Below, one piece after another: positions 13,335 to 27,600 of a stretch of DNA of 64,000 bases. Under the pieces are notes generated by a model that was given only the letters and a program-made list of their open reading frames with translations, did not search any database and was not told where the DNA came from. Origin of the DNA: Syncephalis fuscata S228. Its lineage: Eukaryota; Fungi; Zoopagomycota. The stretch's first letter is position 1, and each line of letters opens with the position of its first letter. The translations under genes were made by a program, and so were the position numbers. The stretch lies in assembly GCA_025786725.1 (NCBI GenBank), contig JAHLTZ010000002.1, positions 1 to 64,000 of the forward strand. The letters are read 5' to 3'.

Positions 13335-13731
13335 AATGATCTGTTGATTACTGCTGCTGCTGCCGCCGCTTCTGTCTCCGTTCTTGTTTGACGTACAGGA
13401 TGGTTGTTGCATACGGCATTGTAGTTCAATAAACTATGTCGCTCGGCTAATTATAATCAATGGTTGTTTATATGATGTGACGCGATGATTTAAAGAATGA
13501 ATAGAATATTGATTATTTACTATAGAAATGAACCAACATAGTATTTATAAAAGTCTATTGACTCTAACTAATTAGTTAATTAAATAATTATTAATTTATA
13601 CACCAATTATGGCGTGTATTTTTACGCTTTTTCTACTCCATTTTAATTACAACCATTGTTATGATTTTATTGCCGACCAGTTACATTTTACACATTCTTT
13701 CTATACTTGTTACGTACGTATCTACACTTCT

Positions 13732-13764
<33 letters not shown>
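13732..13764 (+). repeat. (CAA)n microsatellite just upstream of the likely separase ATG
   Basis: Directly visible run of about 11 CAA units. Confidence 0.9.
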
Positions 13765-13774
13765 GCCAACTGTT

Positions 13775-16700
13775 ATGGTCACGACTAAAAAACGAGTGGC
13801 TACTGGCATGACCAATATACAGCCACCACCTCCACCTAATGTGTCTGGCGAAGAATTGACCCTAGATGCAGTAATAGAAATATTACAAACACGTAAGCCA
13901 TGTCACCAAGATATGATAAAGATCGTAGAACAACAATTGCTGGTCACTTTATCAACTGCCATAGTAAAGAATGAACGTGGCACTACTTCTAAACGAGGTC
14001 GTGGTGGCAGTAATAAGTCATTAACAACTACAACTACTGCCACTTTAGCACGTAGTAAAGGAAAGACTTTAACAACAACAACAACAACACCGTTGGGTCA
14101 ACAAGGACCACTACTTGCCAGCTATGCAATGCGACTTGCTAATGCCTGTATTCAAATACTAAATACTTATGCAACACAGTCTTCTGAACAACAGCAGCAG
14201 AATACACAACAACAATCTATCGTAGTATCCATTGGTGTATCTACAGTAAAGGCACTATTTATATTAGATGACTATAATCTTGTTTCATTGACTGGTATTG
14301 AATTAATGCGAGCCATTGGATCTTTACTGGGTAAATGTGTTGATAGAGGAGAAGTAAGTTATTTAGAACATCAAGTATTTGTAATGCTAATCTAGTATAT
14401 AGTATCAATCTTCTTTAGATATGCTGTATCAATTACGAGATAGACTAACAAGCATAGTACTTGATACAGAAATAGTCGATCCATCTATCAAGCCAACTAG
14501 CAGTAATAGCCATGGTACTATTTATATTCCTATACCGCGTACATCTAACTATACCAACTATCCAATAACTATGCCTATGGTTATTATTCACTGTCAATTA
14601 AATATTATGCGATGTTGGATTGGTTTAGAGTACTTGTCTTTACTAGAGGCAAGTTATACATAGTAATTCATAGTAATCCATAGTAATTTGTTTAACATGT
14701 TATATTTAGACAACAATTAATGAAACAATCCTATGCTTTACCGATAAACAAACAATTCACGGTAGTTGTTTTGACTGGTTGTATATTGCTATGAAAGTAG
14801 AGAAATCAACAACAAATACAGCAAGGTCAACATCTGTGACGGCATTTCAATTGGCAGATATACTATTTCGTGAATTATATCGAATGTCATCTAAATTACA
14901 AACTATTCATAGTAAGCTATATTATACTAATAATAGTGCTAATAATAATGTATATATATATATATATATTGATAGAAGCATCTCCTATGCGTATATTGCA
15001 ATTACGTTTAATGGCACTACGATCTTATTTACTTAATAGGCCATTATTTGATTTTAATACATTTTGTGATTACATTACACGATTTGCAGCATTATTTGAA
15101 CGATCAACGCGTTCAGCAGTACCTGGTTCAGAACTGAGTAGGTAGAATAGTATTATAGTATAACTATGTATTTATATAATTTAATAGACAAATCCGCTCT
15201 ATCTGTATTAATCCAATTTCATGATCAATTACTTGATTGGATAGAACGAGAGTTGGCAACAGATCAATTAGTAATTACATCGACTTATGCCACTTGGTGT
15301 GAATATCATTTATATACAGCACGTAAAGTAGGTTATACTATACACATAGACTATATATTTATAAATATTTAGACCAAGCAATGGGAAGGTGCTCTAAGAA
15401 ATGTACATATACTTATTAAGCTTTCAATGCAACCTATAAGCTCTTCATCTTCTAATGATAAAGATTCAGAAGTAATCCTGCCAATATATACAATTCGATT
15501 CCTTTTAGAAGCAGCAAAGCTCAGATGGCATAAAGAAGCCAACAGTGTAACAGGTATAGTAATCAATAATAATAATAATAGACTCATATATACTAATAGC
15601 AATTATAAACTACTAGTCACTAAATATATTAGTAAAGCCATGTCTATTACATGGCCATTGTTTGACAATATCAATACTATATCTTCACATTTATCAACAG
15701 CTGTACACAAACTGATTGAATCTATTGAAGGATTATGCCATTTAATAGGTGAATTCCCCGATAATCTATTAGATAGTGCATTAGTAAAGACAATGGCCGT
15801 CTTGCTGGATAAATGTTTAAATCTACTAAGTGCATTTTATAGTAATAAGGTAACTATATATTATTGTTCATTATCTAATTAATTAATTAGCTTTATCAAT
15901 AGATTAAAGATAGAGTGACATCATCTATTTCACTCATTAGTACGGCGATCCATAATATATTCCGTAGAGTTATTCGATATCATGCTATATCATTTCAGTT
16001 ACTTGATCAAGCAAATCAACTACTTAAGACTTATACAAGTGATGTAGAAGATGCTGACTGGATAAAGATATCCGCTGCTTATTACAACGTAGGAGGACGA
16101 CTTTATAAGGCCAAAGAAATTGTATGGGCTGAAAAGGCAATGTCCATGTCATGTCAATTACTCGAATCGACTATAAAACGATGTAATCATCACTCCACCA
16201 ATACTGATCGTCAAAAGCAATTGGGCAAGCAATTAGAACTACTTACAGCTTGTCAATGTGTTCATGGTCACTTTGAGGTAACCCTATATTAAATAGTCAA
16301 CCGTTGGTATTAATGATATGTAGGATGCACAACACTCTTTGATGACGGCTATTCGATACTGGCCTATGGATGAGATACGCACTTTTAACGAGAGAATTGT
16401 AGATTGGATTGGTCGGTGGATTGATATTGGATTGACGTCATTAGCCAATGTGCCATACACATTTATTTATCGACAATTGGCTGTCCATTCCGATTTCACT
16501 GATCCTTTAACATTAGCTACTATTAAGAAGATTGAATGGCGTCTACTTTGTCAATATCAGAAACGAGATACACTTGAATTACAATTATCTATAGTTAACG
16601 AACTATTAAGTGATTATTCAATTAATAATCATCCAATTGAACATGCCAGGTAAATATTACTGTAATTATTATATATTTAACTCAAATGTATTATAGCTGG

Positions 16701-19700
16701 TTAATAGAAAAGGCGAAGGTTTTACACCAACAAACAAAGAGTGCAGCACCTTTAGATACAGTAAATACGACATTGGATCAATCTATTGATTTACTATCTC
16801 AATCACTTGAACTTTATGATACAAAGGTATTGATAGATTTATATATATATATATAATTAATAATAATATATATATAATATAGAAATTGAACAAAGATGCA
16901 TCGCTATCCAAAGTATTATCTCAAAGAATTGCTTATGCCTATACATGGTTTGCAATTATAGGTCAACGACGAGGATTTGATGTCAATGATGCGATTGATG
17001 GTGCATTACAATATTGGACACATATGTTAATACAAGGTAATACAAGTAGATAAATAGATAATAATAATAATAATATATGGATGAGTTAACTAATAAATTG
17101 TACTATAGATAAACAATTAAAAGAATCCAATTGTTCTATTGAGGATATTGAACAGTTATATGATCATTTACGTATCCTTTTAATATAATCAAATATAATC
17201 GACATAATAGATAGAATGAGTATATACTTGACTAATCATAGTATATTTCTCTAGTTTTGTTCGTATTGTATGTACACCCGACTGTATTTAAAATTACAGC
17301 AAATTATAATGCAAGTAAATGAACGGCGTGTATCTACTACTAAGGAACAATCGGAACAGCATACAAAAGGTCAGTTATATAAACAAATGTATTAATAATC
17401 AGATATGTTAATATGAAATAGATACTATCAAGTTATTATTACAAATAGCTTCTACCTTTGCTTCTCTAGGCTATACCAATCGAGTAGAGGTTATATTGGA
17501 ACGTGTGTCTCATCTCATACAAAATACTGAATTGGAACAAAGTGAATGGCTACTTGCAAGTGCACGACATAAAGTGGCACAAGGACAACCAGATGCATGG
17601 TAAGTATTATTATATATACATATTAATGAATATAGATAACTAATTAGTATAATCTATATATATATATATATAATATAGTGAAGCCTTATTATTAAAAGCC
17701 AAAGAATGGCAACCCAAAGAATTAGTTGATCGAGTCAAATTCCAAACAAGATTAAAATATCGATTATTACAAGCAGATACTTTTATGGTCCATACAGAAT
17801 GGCAATTATTAAAAGTATGAAGCGTTAAATAGATGAATGAATGAATGAATGAATGGAATATTTACGATTGTATAGGGCAATCTAATAAGATCATTATCAT
17901 CTGTAATGACAGTTCTACGTTTACTGGCCCGTATTACAGCATCACTTGGTGTACGACAACTTTATGGTACAACATCCACCAGTGATCCATTTCAACTGGA
18001 TACACAACATTCAACACAGCAACTAGTATCCACCACTGATATCAATGTATTGTCTAGTTATCCCACTACGATATGATACAGGTAAATAGTCATTGTTACC
18101 AATAAGTTAAATAAGACTTATGACGAGAGTTGTAGCGATGGCTATCCAGTCTATGTTTAGCGAGTCAGTTGTACATGCAACAGGGCTCATTCAAAGAGTC
18201 CGATTACTATTTGGATCAAGCACAACAGTTGGCCGAAACAGTAGGCGCACAAGTACTGTTACAAGATATATTGTGTAGTAGAGCCCGTCTTGCTTATTTA
18301 AGACACCAACATGAACAGAGTACAACATGGTTCAATACAGTACAGCACCATCATTTAATACAACAAGCAAACGAGCACCACTATCGAGGCGAACAGGCAT
18401 CCTATAAAAGAGAGTGGCAAATTGCCCAGAATCATTTCAATAAAGTAGAGGAATTACTAGCTGTAAATGCTCAACAGTCATTCATTGACTCTTTAGAGAA
18501 TAAAGCAGGCTGGTACGTCTAATAGTTGGATAGTAGTTGTAATAGTAGATGTATTAATTGACTACCTATAGGCAATGGTGGTCATCTATTGAACCATCAA
18601 ATGAACAAAGTAAGTTAATAATAATAATAATAAAGTGTTTTAACCAATTAATTAATTGTTATAGATTTACCATTTCTACATTGTACATTGGAACGGTCCA
18701 ATTTCCTTCGGGGTAGCTATTAATAGAATTACTATTATAATGATTGTATTTAATTAATTCGTTAATTAATTAGGTTGGACAGCCAGTCAATATGGCGACT
18801 ATCGTACAGCTCGTTCATGTTTCGATACATTATCACTTTCTTATTTAATGGTAAGCAATTGGTAGATCTATTTATCTATAAATACTGGTACTAATATCTA
18901 TGTTATTGACAATAGCCTGAATATACTTTATGGCGTGCTAAATCAGTATTACACGAATTAATGATGACTGTATCAGATAATAGTGTATTTGGGAAGTTAC
19001 ACGATTCGAGTAAGAGATACTATTATATAAACATATTAATATTAATTATTCTATTCTATTAGTACTCAGTATTGGATTGACTCAATTGATACCGACAGCA
19101 TCAACAGCAAGTTCAAGTAGAACAGCTGCTCGACGTGAATCACATCTTCACTTCTCGCATACACTAATGACCCTGGAAGAATCATTGGTACAAGCATATA
19201 CTACAGGCTACAATACACTGTCACCAGCCCTATTACGAGAACTATGCCATACATTAGCACGAATACAAGTAATGACCGCTTACTGTACCATGTCTACAGA
19301 AGGGAATAAACTAGTATCGAGTAATCAACCATTTACATGGTCAGCCCTATTCTATCTAGGTAATTAACAAATAGCTAGTAGGCCATAGTATTAATGATAT
19401 ATGCATACGTATACCTATACCTATACCTATACCTATACCTATATGTAGAGATGGCCAAGAATATAACATTAAGACGAGAAATAGGCACATTGTTAAAGGA
19501 ACAGCTTGAACATACGGTTATATCTGCCAATAATACAACATCTGATACTAAACAGAATGGACATCAACGACGATTAATATGGCCAGACATGAATGAGCCA
19601 CTGATGGACAATATAACGAGTGAATCAACCAAACAATGTCTTAAACGATATCGATTGTATGAACAAGAATCAAAACTAACTGTAGATGACTGGATTCATA

Positions 19701-21565
19701 GTTATGTAAAGAATCTACCTGATCACATTCTAGTATGTACACTGTCAGTGCATGAAGAGACAGGTGCACTGTATGTTGGTAGATATGGATCATTTAATAG
19801 TGGCATTGAACCATGTGTTCTACGTCTACCATTAAAGCGTAAAGCATCACGTGATGTTAATGAAGAAACAACCGTAATGTCATATAAAGAGGCGTGTGAC
19901 ACACTTGCCTCCATACTAGAAGAGAGTAGACTATCTATGCGTATTGGTAGAGCATCAATGAGTGGAGATGGACATCATAGTGGAGTAGGAACAGAAACGA
20001 GTACGACACCAGAGTTATCGAGAAAAGAAAAGGCGGCATGGTGGGATAGACGACATGCACTTGATCGCCAACTAGCTCAGTTACTTGAACGACTAGAAGA
20101 AGATTGGTGGGGCGGATTCCGAGTAAGTTAATCGTTTATAGGATTGATATGTTAATATGTTAATATATTAATATAATTATAGGGTCTTTTACGCCCTTCA
20201 AGTCTACCTGTATCGAATACACAATGGAGTGCCTATCGACAAGAATTTGGTCATCGATTGGGTGGTTTATTGCATCGAACGGTATCTACACTACGCACTC
20301 GTAAAGTACCTCGACTTGAGATATCACCGACACTATGTGATCTATTACTCTATGCTGGTGGTCAATCAACAACAAATACGACACCTACAGAGGCTGATGA
20401 GGCTGACCAGCGACTATCTGATGACGTTGAAGATATTCTATACTATTTACTTGATACCTATATGTATCATGGTGTGACAGTGCCATTTGATGAAATTGAA
20501 TTTGATCAAGTAAGTTTATAGTTTAATTGATTGGTTGATTACTTAATTATTTGTTTATTTAGGTATTGATTGAAATGAAGGCAATGGTGATGGAATGGCA
20601 ACAAATGCATCATACTATAGTCCATACAGTGACGTCATCAACCTCTATAGTAAAGAGTGTTGTATTAATACTTGATAAGTCAACTCATATGTTTCCATGG
20701 GAGAATATGCCTCTATTACGAGGACAATCAGTGTCTAGATTACCGACATGGACACTATGGCGTGACAATGTACAACTAAGTGATCCTCATTACTGTGTGG
20801 TTAATGGACAACAAACACAATACTTGTTGAATCCAGCGGGTGATCTTTTAAATACTGAAGCAGAATTGGCCCCTTTAATGAAACGGTAATAGTAGCCCTT
20901 TATTATATTACGCATCTTTAATACTTTAATGATAATGATAGACAAAAATGGAAAGGTATAACGGGTAGAATTCCTATGGAACAAGAATTGCGCACCTCTT
21001 TATCCACCAGTGATATATTTCTGTAAGTAGGTATGGCTGTTAATAGCAATAGGATTTATGTTATGATGTAGGTATTTTGGACATGGTGGGGCGGAACAGT
21101 ATATCAAAGGCAGCACTATTCGTAAATTGGATCGGTGTGCGGTTACTTTGCTTATGGGCTGTAGTAGTGGGTATCTAGCACCTGAAGGAGAATTTGAACC
21201 CACTGGCACACCATGGCACTATCTTATAGCGGGCAGGTAAGTAGAGTACGACAATAGTAGTTGGTGTATATTAATGTATTATTACTATTAATCTATTAAA
21301 CAGTCGAGGTGTGGTCGTTAATCTATGGGATGTTACCGATAAGGATATTGATCGGTTTAGTATGGCGTTGTTGAAGCAATGGGGACTTGCACCGGTCACG
21401 GCTAGCACTAAAGGAAGAGGACAGACGACATTGAAGCAGCCGTTAGTACCGGTGAATCTGGCAACTGCAGTGGCTATAGCACGTAAAGAATGCACACTGG
21501 GTTATCTAGTTGGTGCGGCACCTGTCATCTATGGTATACCGTATTTAACAGTAGAGCGAGTATAG
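13775..21565 (+). CDS. ESP1: Separase (peptidase C50), many exons. Internal exon boundaries not all resolved.
   Basis: C-terminal exons encode WWDRRHALD, LILDK..FPWENMP..SVSRLP, YLLNPAGDL, YFGHGGAEQY (catalytic His), LLMGCSSG (catalytic Cys), NLWDVTDKDIDRF and GAAPVIYGIP. A long helical N-terminal region is split by short GT-AG introns, with a likely GC donor at ~14649. Start codon is a best guess. Confidence 0.9.
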
Positions 21566-21835
21566 TATTGACGGTGTATTTATTACATATATATATATAT
21601 TGAGTAATAGTTTTACACAGAATGCATATTATTTAAATCTCATTAAAAAATACGTATATTGATATCTACAACATTCAAATTACAATCATCACTAATAAAT
21701 AGTTATCTTTTATTAAATAATATTATGTTTTTTGTTTTATTTTTTGACATTTCTCATTTTATTCGTATCGTTGTTGACACAACTACAAGAATCACTATAG
21801 TTATAGTAGCGTGGCTTTATTTAACTATAAGCATA

Positions 21836-22125
21836 ATGTTTCGTCGACATGCTCCTTTAATGCTGACAGTGGCTGCTGGTGTCTTTTCAGGAGTGTATAT
21901 TTGGCTACCTTCCTTTGAAGAACTCAAACGGTTAGTCTAACCTATAACTAACCTGTAAGCATATACTGAAGACTGTTTAGAATGAATGACAATAAACCTA
22001 TTACAAGTCGGGATCAACTTCGACCAGCACCTACATACTTGCCTCAAGAAGGCAATAGCCAAGATGTACCCTCTCAATCACAAAAAGACAATACAACAAC
22101 AACTAATACTGTATCTGATAAATAG
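21836..22125 (+). CDS. 79-aa single-pass microprotein, PIGBOS1-like. Intron 21931-21980.
   Basis: Splicing the GTTAGT...CTAAC...TTTAG intron gives MFRRHAPLMLTVAAGVFSGVYIWLPSFEELKRMNDNK...SDK*, with one TM segment ending GVYIWxPxFE. Confidence 0.7.
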
Positions 22126-23030
22126 TAACACTAATAACAGTATTAATAATAATAGCTAAACAATAAACCAATGCCATAGGCGATGTTCAAACAGAATTGT
22201 ACATTTAATAAACGCGTATCAATTTAATTCAGTAAAATACTAATAAAATATTTGTGTTAAAGTAGAATGGTTGTAGTAAAATCATTCAGGAGATATTCAT
22301 TATGACAGGCTGACGACAACACACTAACCACGAATAACAAGTGCTACGTCATTCTATCTATACAAAGTTATTTAGTAGTGAAAGGCAACTGACCAATGGC
22401 TGACATTGAGTGGTTGTGCGTATCCAGGACGGGCATACGTATAACATGAAAGGGGCATCATTAGTGGTATAGCGTAGTGTAGAGGGCAAACACGGAGAAT
22501 TAATTATAGCTTGGACGTTGGCAATAACCACTTGGATTTACTATAATTACTATATTGCTATTACTGGGGGCAACTAACCATCCATTGATATAAGGAGAGA
22601 ACAAATACGTAGATTTAACAGCTGTATTGATGATTGGTCAAGGCGCTCACGATTATTACTGATCAAACAAGTAAGCAGCATGGAAATGGTTGACGACAAC
22701 GACGGTGCCGTGCAGTGCGTAATCCAAGTAGTAAACAGCAATAATAACAACAAAAACAATAATAATCACCACTGCACAACTAGAATAAATGAATGAATAA
22801 GCGTCATCGTTATCCAGGAGGTTTGCCGTGTATATAGAACAGTGCCAATACATAAAACATGGATGGTTGATGGGCACCATCTCTCTCTCTCTCTCTCTCT
22901 CTATTAGTACTACTAGAATTAGTTACAGGTTATTATTCAGTTGCGTCTATACAGCGAATGTCTCTATTATATACTTTTTCATTCTTGATTTATGCAAACA
23001 CCTCTTAGACTAGTTTATTTTAATACTGGT

Positions 23031-24488
23031 GATGGATGTGGTGGTAGAGGATACTGTCGCCGCCACTAACAAAATATGTTTTCCCACCATTGATATCTAT
23101 GACTGTGTGGTGGATCAGCGACTTAATTATGCCATTATGGCTTGTTTAGTTATGTCGTGTTTGAATAGTGGCGTGGCCGGTATGGTGGCCATTTATCGTT
23201 GGTCTCATGGCTTATTAACGACGCTATTTAGGCGGGTTGATGGCTATTGGATGCCAAAACCAGTTGATATGCTACTCATTGGTCTATGGCTTATGAATGG
23301 TGTACGGGCCATCATGTATACCTGTACCCTATTTGATTGGCCGACGTGTCGACTGGCGCGTACTATGATTAATGTGACGGGCACGATTCTTATGCCATTA
23401 GTAACTACTTTATTTGTCGTTGGTATTATTGCACATATTCCAACGATGTTTGCCCAAAGTACATTTAAAACAAATCGTAAAACCATTAACAATAATAGCG
23501 ATGACAGCGGTAAAACTGATATGGATTACCGCCATGATAGTTACATTATTAGTAGTGCAACAGCTGTTAAAGAAGTCGTCGCCCAGTGGAAGAAATACAC
23601 TATTCGATTACCCTCTACCACGTTACTGCACTGGGTAACGGTTGGTATTTGTTTACAAATGATACTACTGTATCTAGCTATGGCTATATGGCTAGGATGG
23701 GCTCATGAACAAAAACATACCCGTATGATTAGAATAGCCAACCCACTACTACTTGTATCAATGGTTCTCTCCACAGGTGTTATACTCGCCGCAAGTATCT
23801 ATTATTGTTATGGCTTTTATAAAATAATGTACGTTCATGTACATCGGCCAACGAGTAAAAGTCAGACGACCAATACGGCTGAGAAACGATCGGCCTATCG
23901 ATTCCGTAATATATTTCTAGCCATTATTATTATATACGCCACAGCTTGTATTCACATGGTTATTAAAGGTGTTGGTGGTGAGTATATTAGTAGAAGGCCG
24001 TGGATACATATGATGGTTATCCTTACGCCATATGCCATGGTCTATCCGCATTTGAAATGGCCATATTTGTTAATGTACTGCAAAGTTCAAGATCACAAGT
24101 ACAACGTCAATCATACACGGCTACCGTAGATGTTCGACATCCATCACATCCACCACCACATCCACTTCAGTATCACCACCACTCTATAGTGGCGCCCATG
24201 CATCCAAAATACTCTTATCGTACTACATCACAAGGTAGAACAACAACAACAACAACTGCACCGACCAATTCAACGCTTCATTACACTAATCAGGATCCTT
24301 CATTGATATGGCATAGCTTTACATCAATGACCCCGCCCACTATAGCTGGTACAGATAGAGATGAATACATTACAGATATTGATTTGATTGCCGGTAGAGT
24401 ATATACATCTCAATATGAAAAACATAGCATATCAAGCAATGCAACAACACAATGCGATAGCTTTGTTATCAGTATTGGTTCAAAGTAA
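23031..24488 (+). CDS. Multi-pass (about 7 TM, GPCR-like topology) membrane protein of unknown function. Probable 1-nt frameshift near 24045.
   Basis: Several hydrophobic segments in ORF 23029-24129. The last TM segment and an S/T/H-rich tail continue in overlapping ORF 24000-24488 (AFEMAIFVNVLQ...). Confidence 0.65.
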
Positions 24489-24640
24489 CGGCAGCAGTGA
24501 TGGAATAATATGTATTTATTACTTGTTTATCGTTATATTTCTCTTTTGTCAATTGTATTAATAGATAATTAATAATGTTGAATATTTCAACGTATTTTAT
24601 TCAATCCATAATGTAATAAACTACCTTTTGCACATAATAT

Positions 24641-27600
24641 TTAAAGTGAATTACGTCGTGATAACATTGGCATACGATCCTTGCTTAAACTGTCATCTTC
24701 ATCTTCATCGTTTTTCTTATGATGACGACGATGCATATTATTACTGGTATCATAAGCTGATCCTTCTGAATTACCAAATCGCCACTTTTCAAGCAAATTC
24801 GTTTTACGCCATTGACGTAAACAGCACGGCCATGTTGATAGCCAACATTCATGATTGTTTCAAATTTACCAAATTCTAATGTGCCAAATCCCTCAACCGG
24901 CGGCCGAACATATAGACAGCCAGGTGTTACCTTGGCCTCTTCCAGCTGCTTCACACTCGATACATAAGCCAATCGCTGTTGTATGTCTGCCAGTGATGGA
25001 ATAGCCGGTCCACTTCTAAATGGATTCCATCGTTGAAGCAATACCCAGAATCCGGATAAATTGTCGCCGTAATAAACAGGAGATGTATCGTCAATGCTGC
25101 CCACATCCACGGCAATGATTGTTTCCGCACCGAGTGACTTCATATAGGCTACGGTAAGATTGTCCATATAGCCACCATCGAGTAATAAATCACCGCCATC
25201 ACATACAGGTGGCATTAGACCTGATAGAGACATGGAGGCACGGATTAATCGCCAGGCATAACCAACATGGTGACACTCCATACGCGAAAAGGTAATATTG
25301 GTTGTGTTGCAGTAATAATTAAGCCAAAAGTCTTCAATCTGTGTCTCAGCAAAGCATTTCCACAATCCTCGATTAAATTCATGACCTATTACATATATAT
25401 ATATATATATATTAATAACTGTTAATAGATACAATATGGATAGGCTCACCGGTAAAGTATGCAGTAATTGGATAGGTCAGATCGAGTACTTGTCGCCATA
25501 TACTAATCATTCGACTTGAAAACATTTTAGCAAATCCAATGATTGCCATATGATCTGAATCTCTGGCATAGAGGCCGCCAATAAAGGCACCCATACTAGT
25601 ACCACCAATTAAATCAATTGGAATGCCGCTTCTTCCAATGCTCGAATCACACCGATATGGGCAATGCCTCGTGCACCACCACCACCTAGTACAAGGCCCA
25701 CCGATTTACCAAGAATACGACGGGCCAACCTACACATATCAAATATATTAGTCTGTGTATGGCTATTTGGTGTGATTATTACCGAGCAAAGTCACTTCGA
25801 TTACCCGTGTAAGGAGTGGGGGGCTTTTTACTGGCTGCATTACGCCAGTATTCTTGCAAGTGTAAATGCAAATTCAAAAAGGTCTTTTTACGACGTACAT
25901 TGCCAATCATAATAGGCCGTTTACCCAATGGCATTTGCACATGATGATGAGCTTGAATCCACATACGACTCTGCAAATATACAGTTGTTAATAGCTGGTT
26001 AGATAATCACTTGTACCACATAGTATAAATACCTTTAACCAGGCATGGGTTGATCCAGACTGACAACTACGCTCGCTATGCAGTAGAACAAGTTCTTTAC
26101 GGGCTGTTGATTTCATACCTAGCAGTATGCGTTCATACTCGCCAATAGCCGGGTCGCCGTCACCAAGACCCACCAAAAGAATACAATCCGCCTACCAAAA
26201 CACACACTATTAATATCCATCCATCCATCCATCTATTAGTTTATAAATAGCTACCTGTCGAACACAGCGTTGGGTCCATGGAGAGGTGGCACCACTGTCG
26301 GCAACATATAATACAATACGATAGTTTTCTTCTTGTTCGGCCAACCAGTGAATAAGCTTTAGTTTACCCAATTTACTAAAGGCATGTCGTCCAAGCACCG
26401 AGGTTACTGTAGTGTGATCGAGTCGAAGCGCTGTGGCACCAACATTAACAAGTGCCTCACATAGCCGTTCGGCAAACTGCAGTACCGGTACATCAGAGGA
26501 TACAGGCAGTAAAGCAATTGTCTTTAAGTTAACGTTATTACGACCAAAATCACCTTGACCGCCTTGAGGTAGAACGGTTTTATTAGGTGATGGAATGGTA
26601 TCGGTCAATTGCTGGTGTCGAGTACGTAATGCAATAATACGTGACATTTGAATACTAATTTCTGGATGACGTAATGAAAGAGCCATAAATAGTGTCTTGG
26701 GTAATCGAGCCAATTCAGAGTCACGAATAGCGTATAATGTCGATGATCGAGGTGAATCAGCTATGAATAAATATTAATTAGTAAACATTTATTAATAATT
26801 AACATTTAACTTACTTAATACTTCTAATTCACCAATAGATTCATCTAAACCATGTTCTCTGAATATATTAAATGATGTGTCATTTTCGGTAATTGAACGT
26901 AATCGACCATTTAATACAACATAAATTGAATCGCTATTTTCTTGTTGATGGTACAGAATTTGACCCGCGTTTACTTGGACCCATTCAAGCGCAAAATCAA
27001 TATGCAATACTAGAAATATGTTATTAATGAGTAATAGCAATAATAAATATTAAATAACTACTTACCTAATGGCGATAGAATAGTAATAAGTCGTTTGGCT
27101 AGTGTCAGTAATACATTTGGATATCTTTCTACCATTCTATCCAGTGACTCTTTTGGCAAGTAGGCCACAAATGTATCAGTGCTAGCTCGCACATTAACAA
27201 ATGATGAATGACCAGTTAATGCTGACAAATAGCCTACAATACCACCCGGTCTAATAAGAAATAGACTTTTTTGTTTACGTGTATTGCGATGCTTTCCGTC
27301 TAATGTAGCTTTACTTTTGTTGTTGTTATTTGGTTTCTGCTGCTGTTGCTGCTGTTGCTGCTGCTGTTGTTGTTGTTGTACTTGACTGCCCCATAGACGT
27401 GGTCGGTCAGCATAGATATCGAGTAAACCATCAATAACCAAGTAAATACCAACATTTCGTTCATTCTGCTTTACTAGTGTAGCACCCTTTGGAAAGAATA
27501 AAATACGTACATCATTACGTAATTCAGGTACAATACGTGATGCAGGTGGTGATAGATTAGGCGTGGCACTAAAATCATCCACACTTGTATCTCGTGACAT

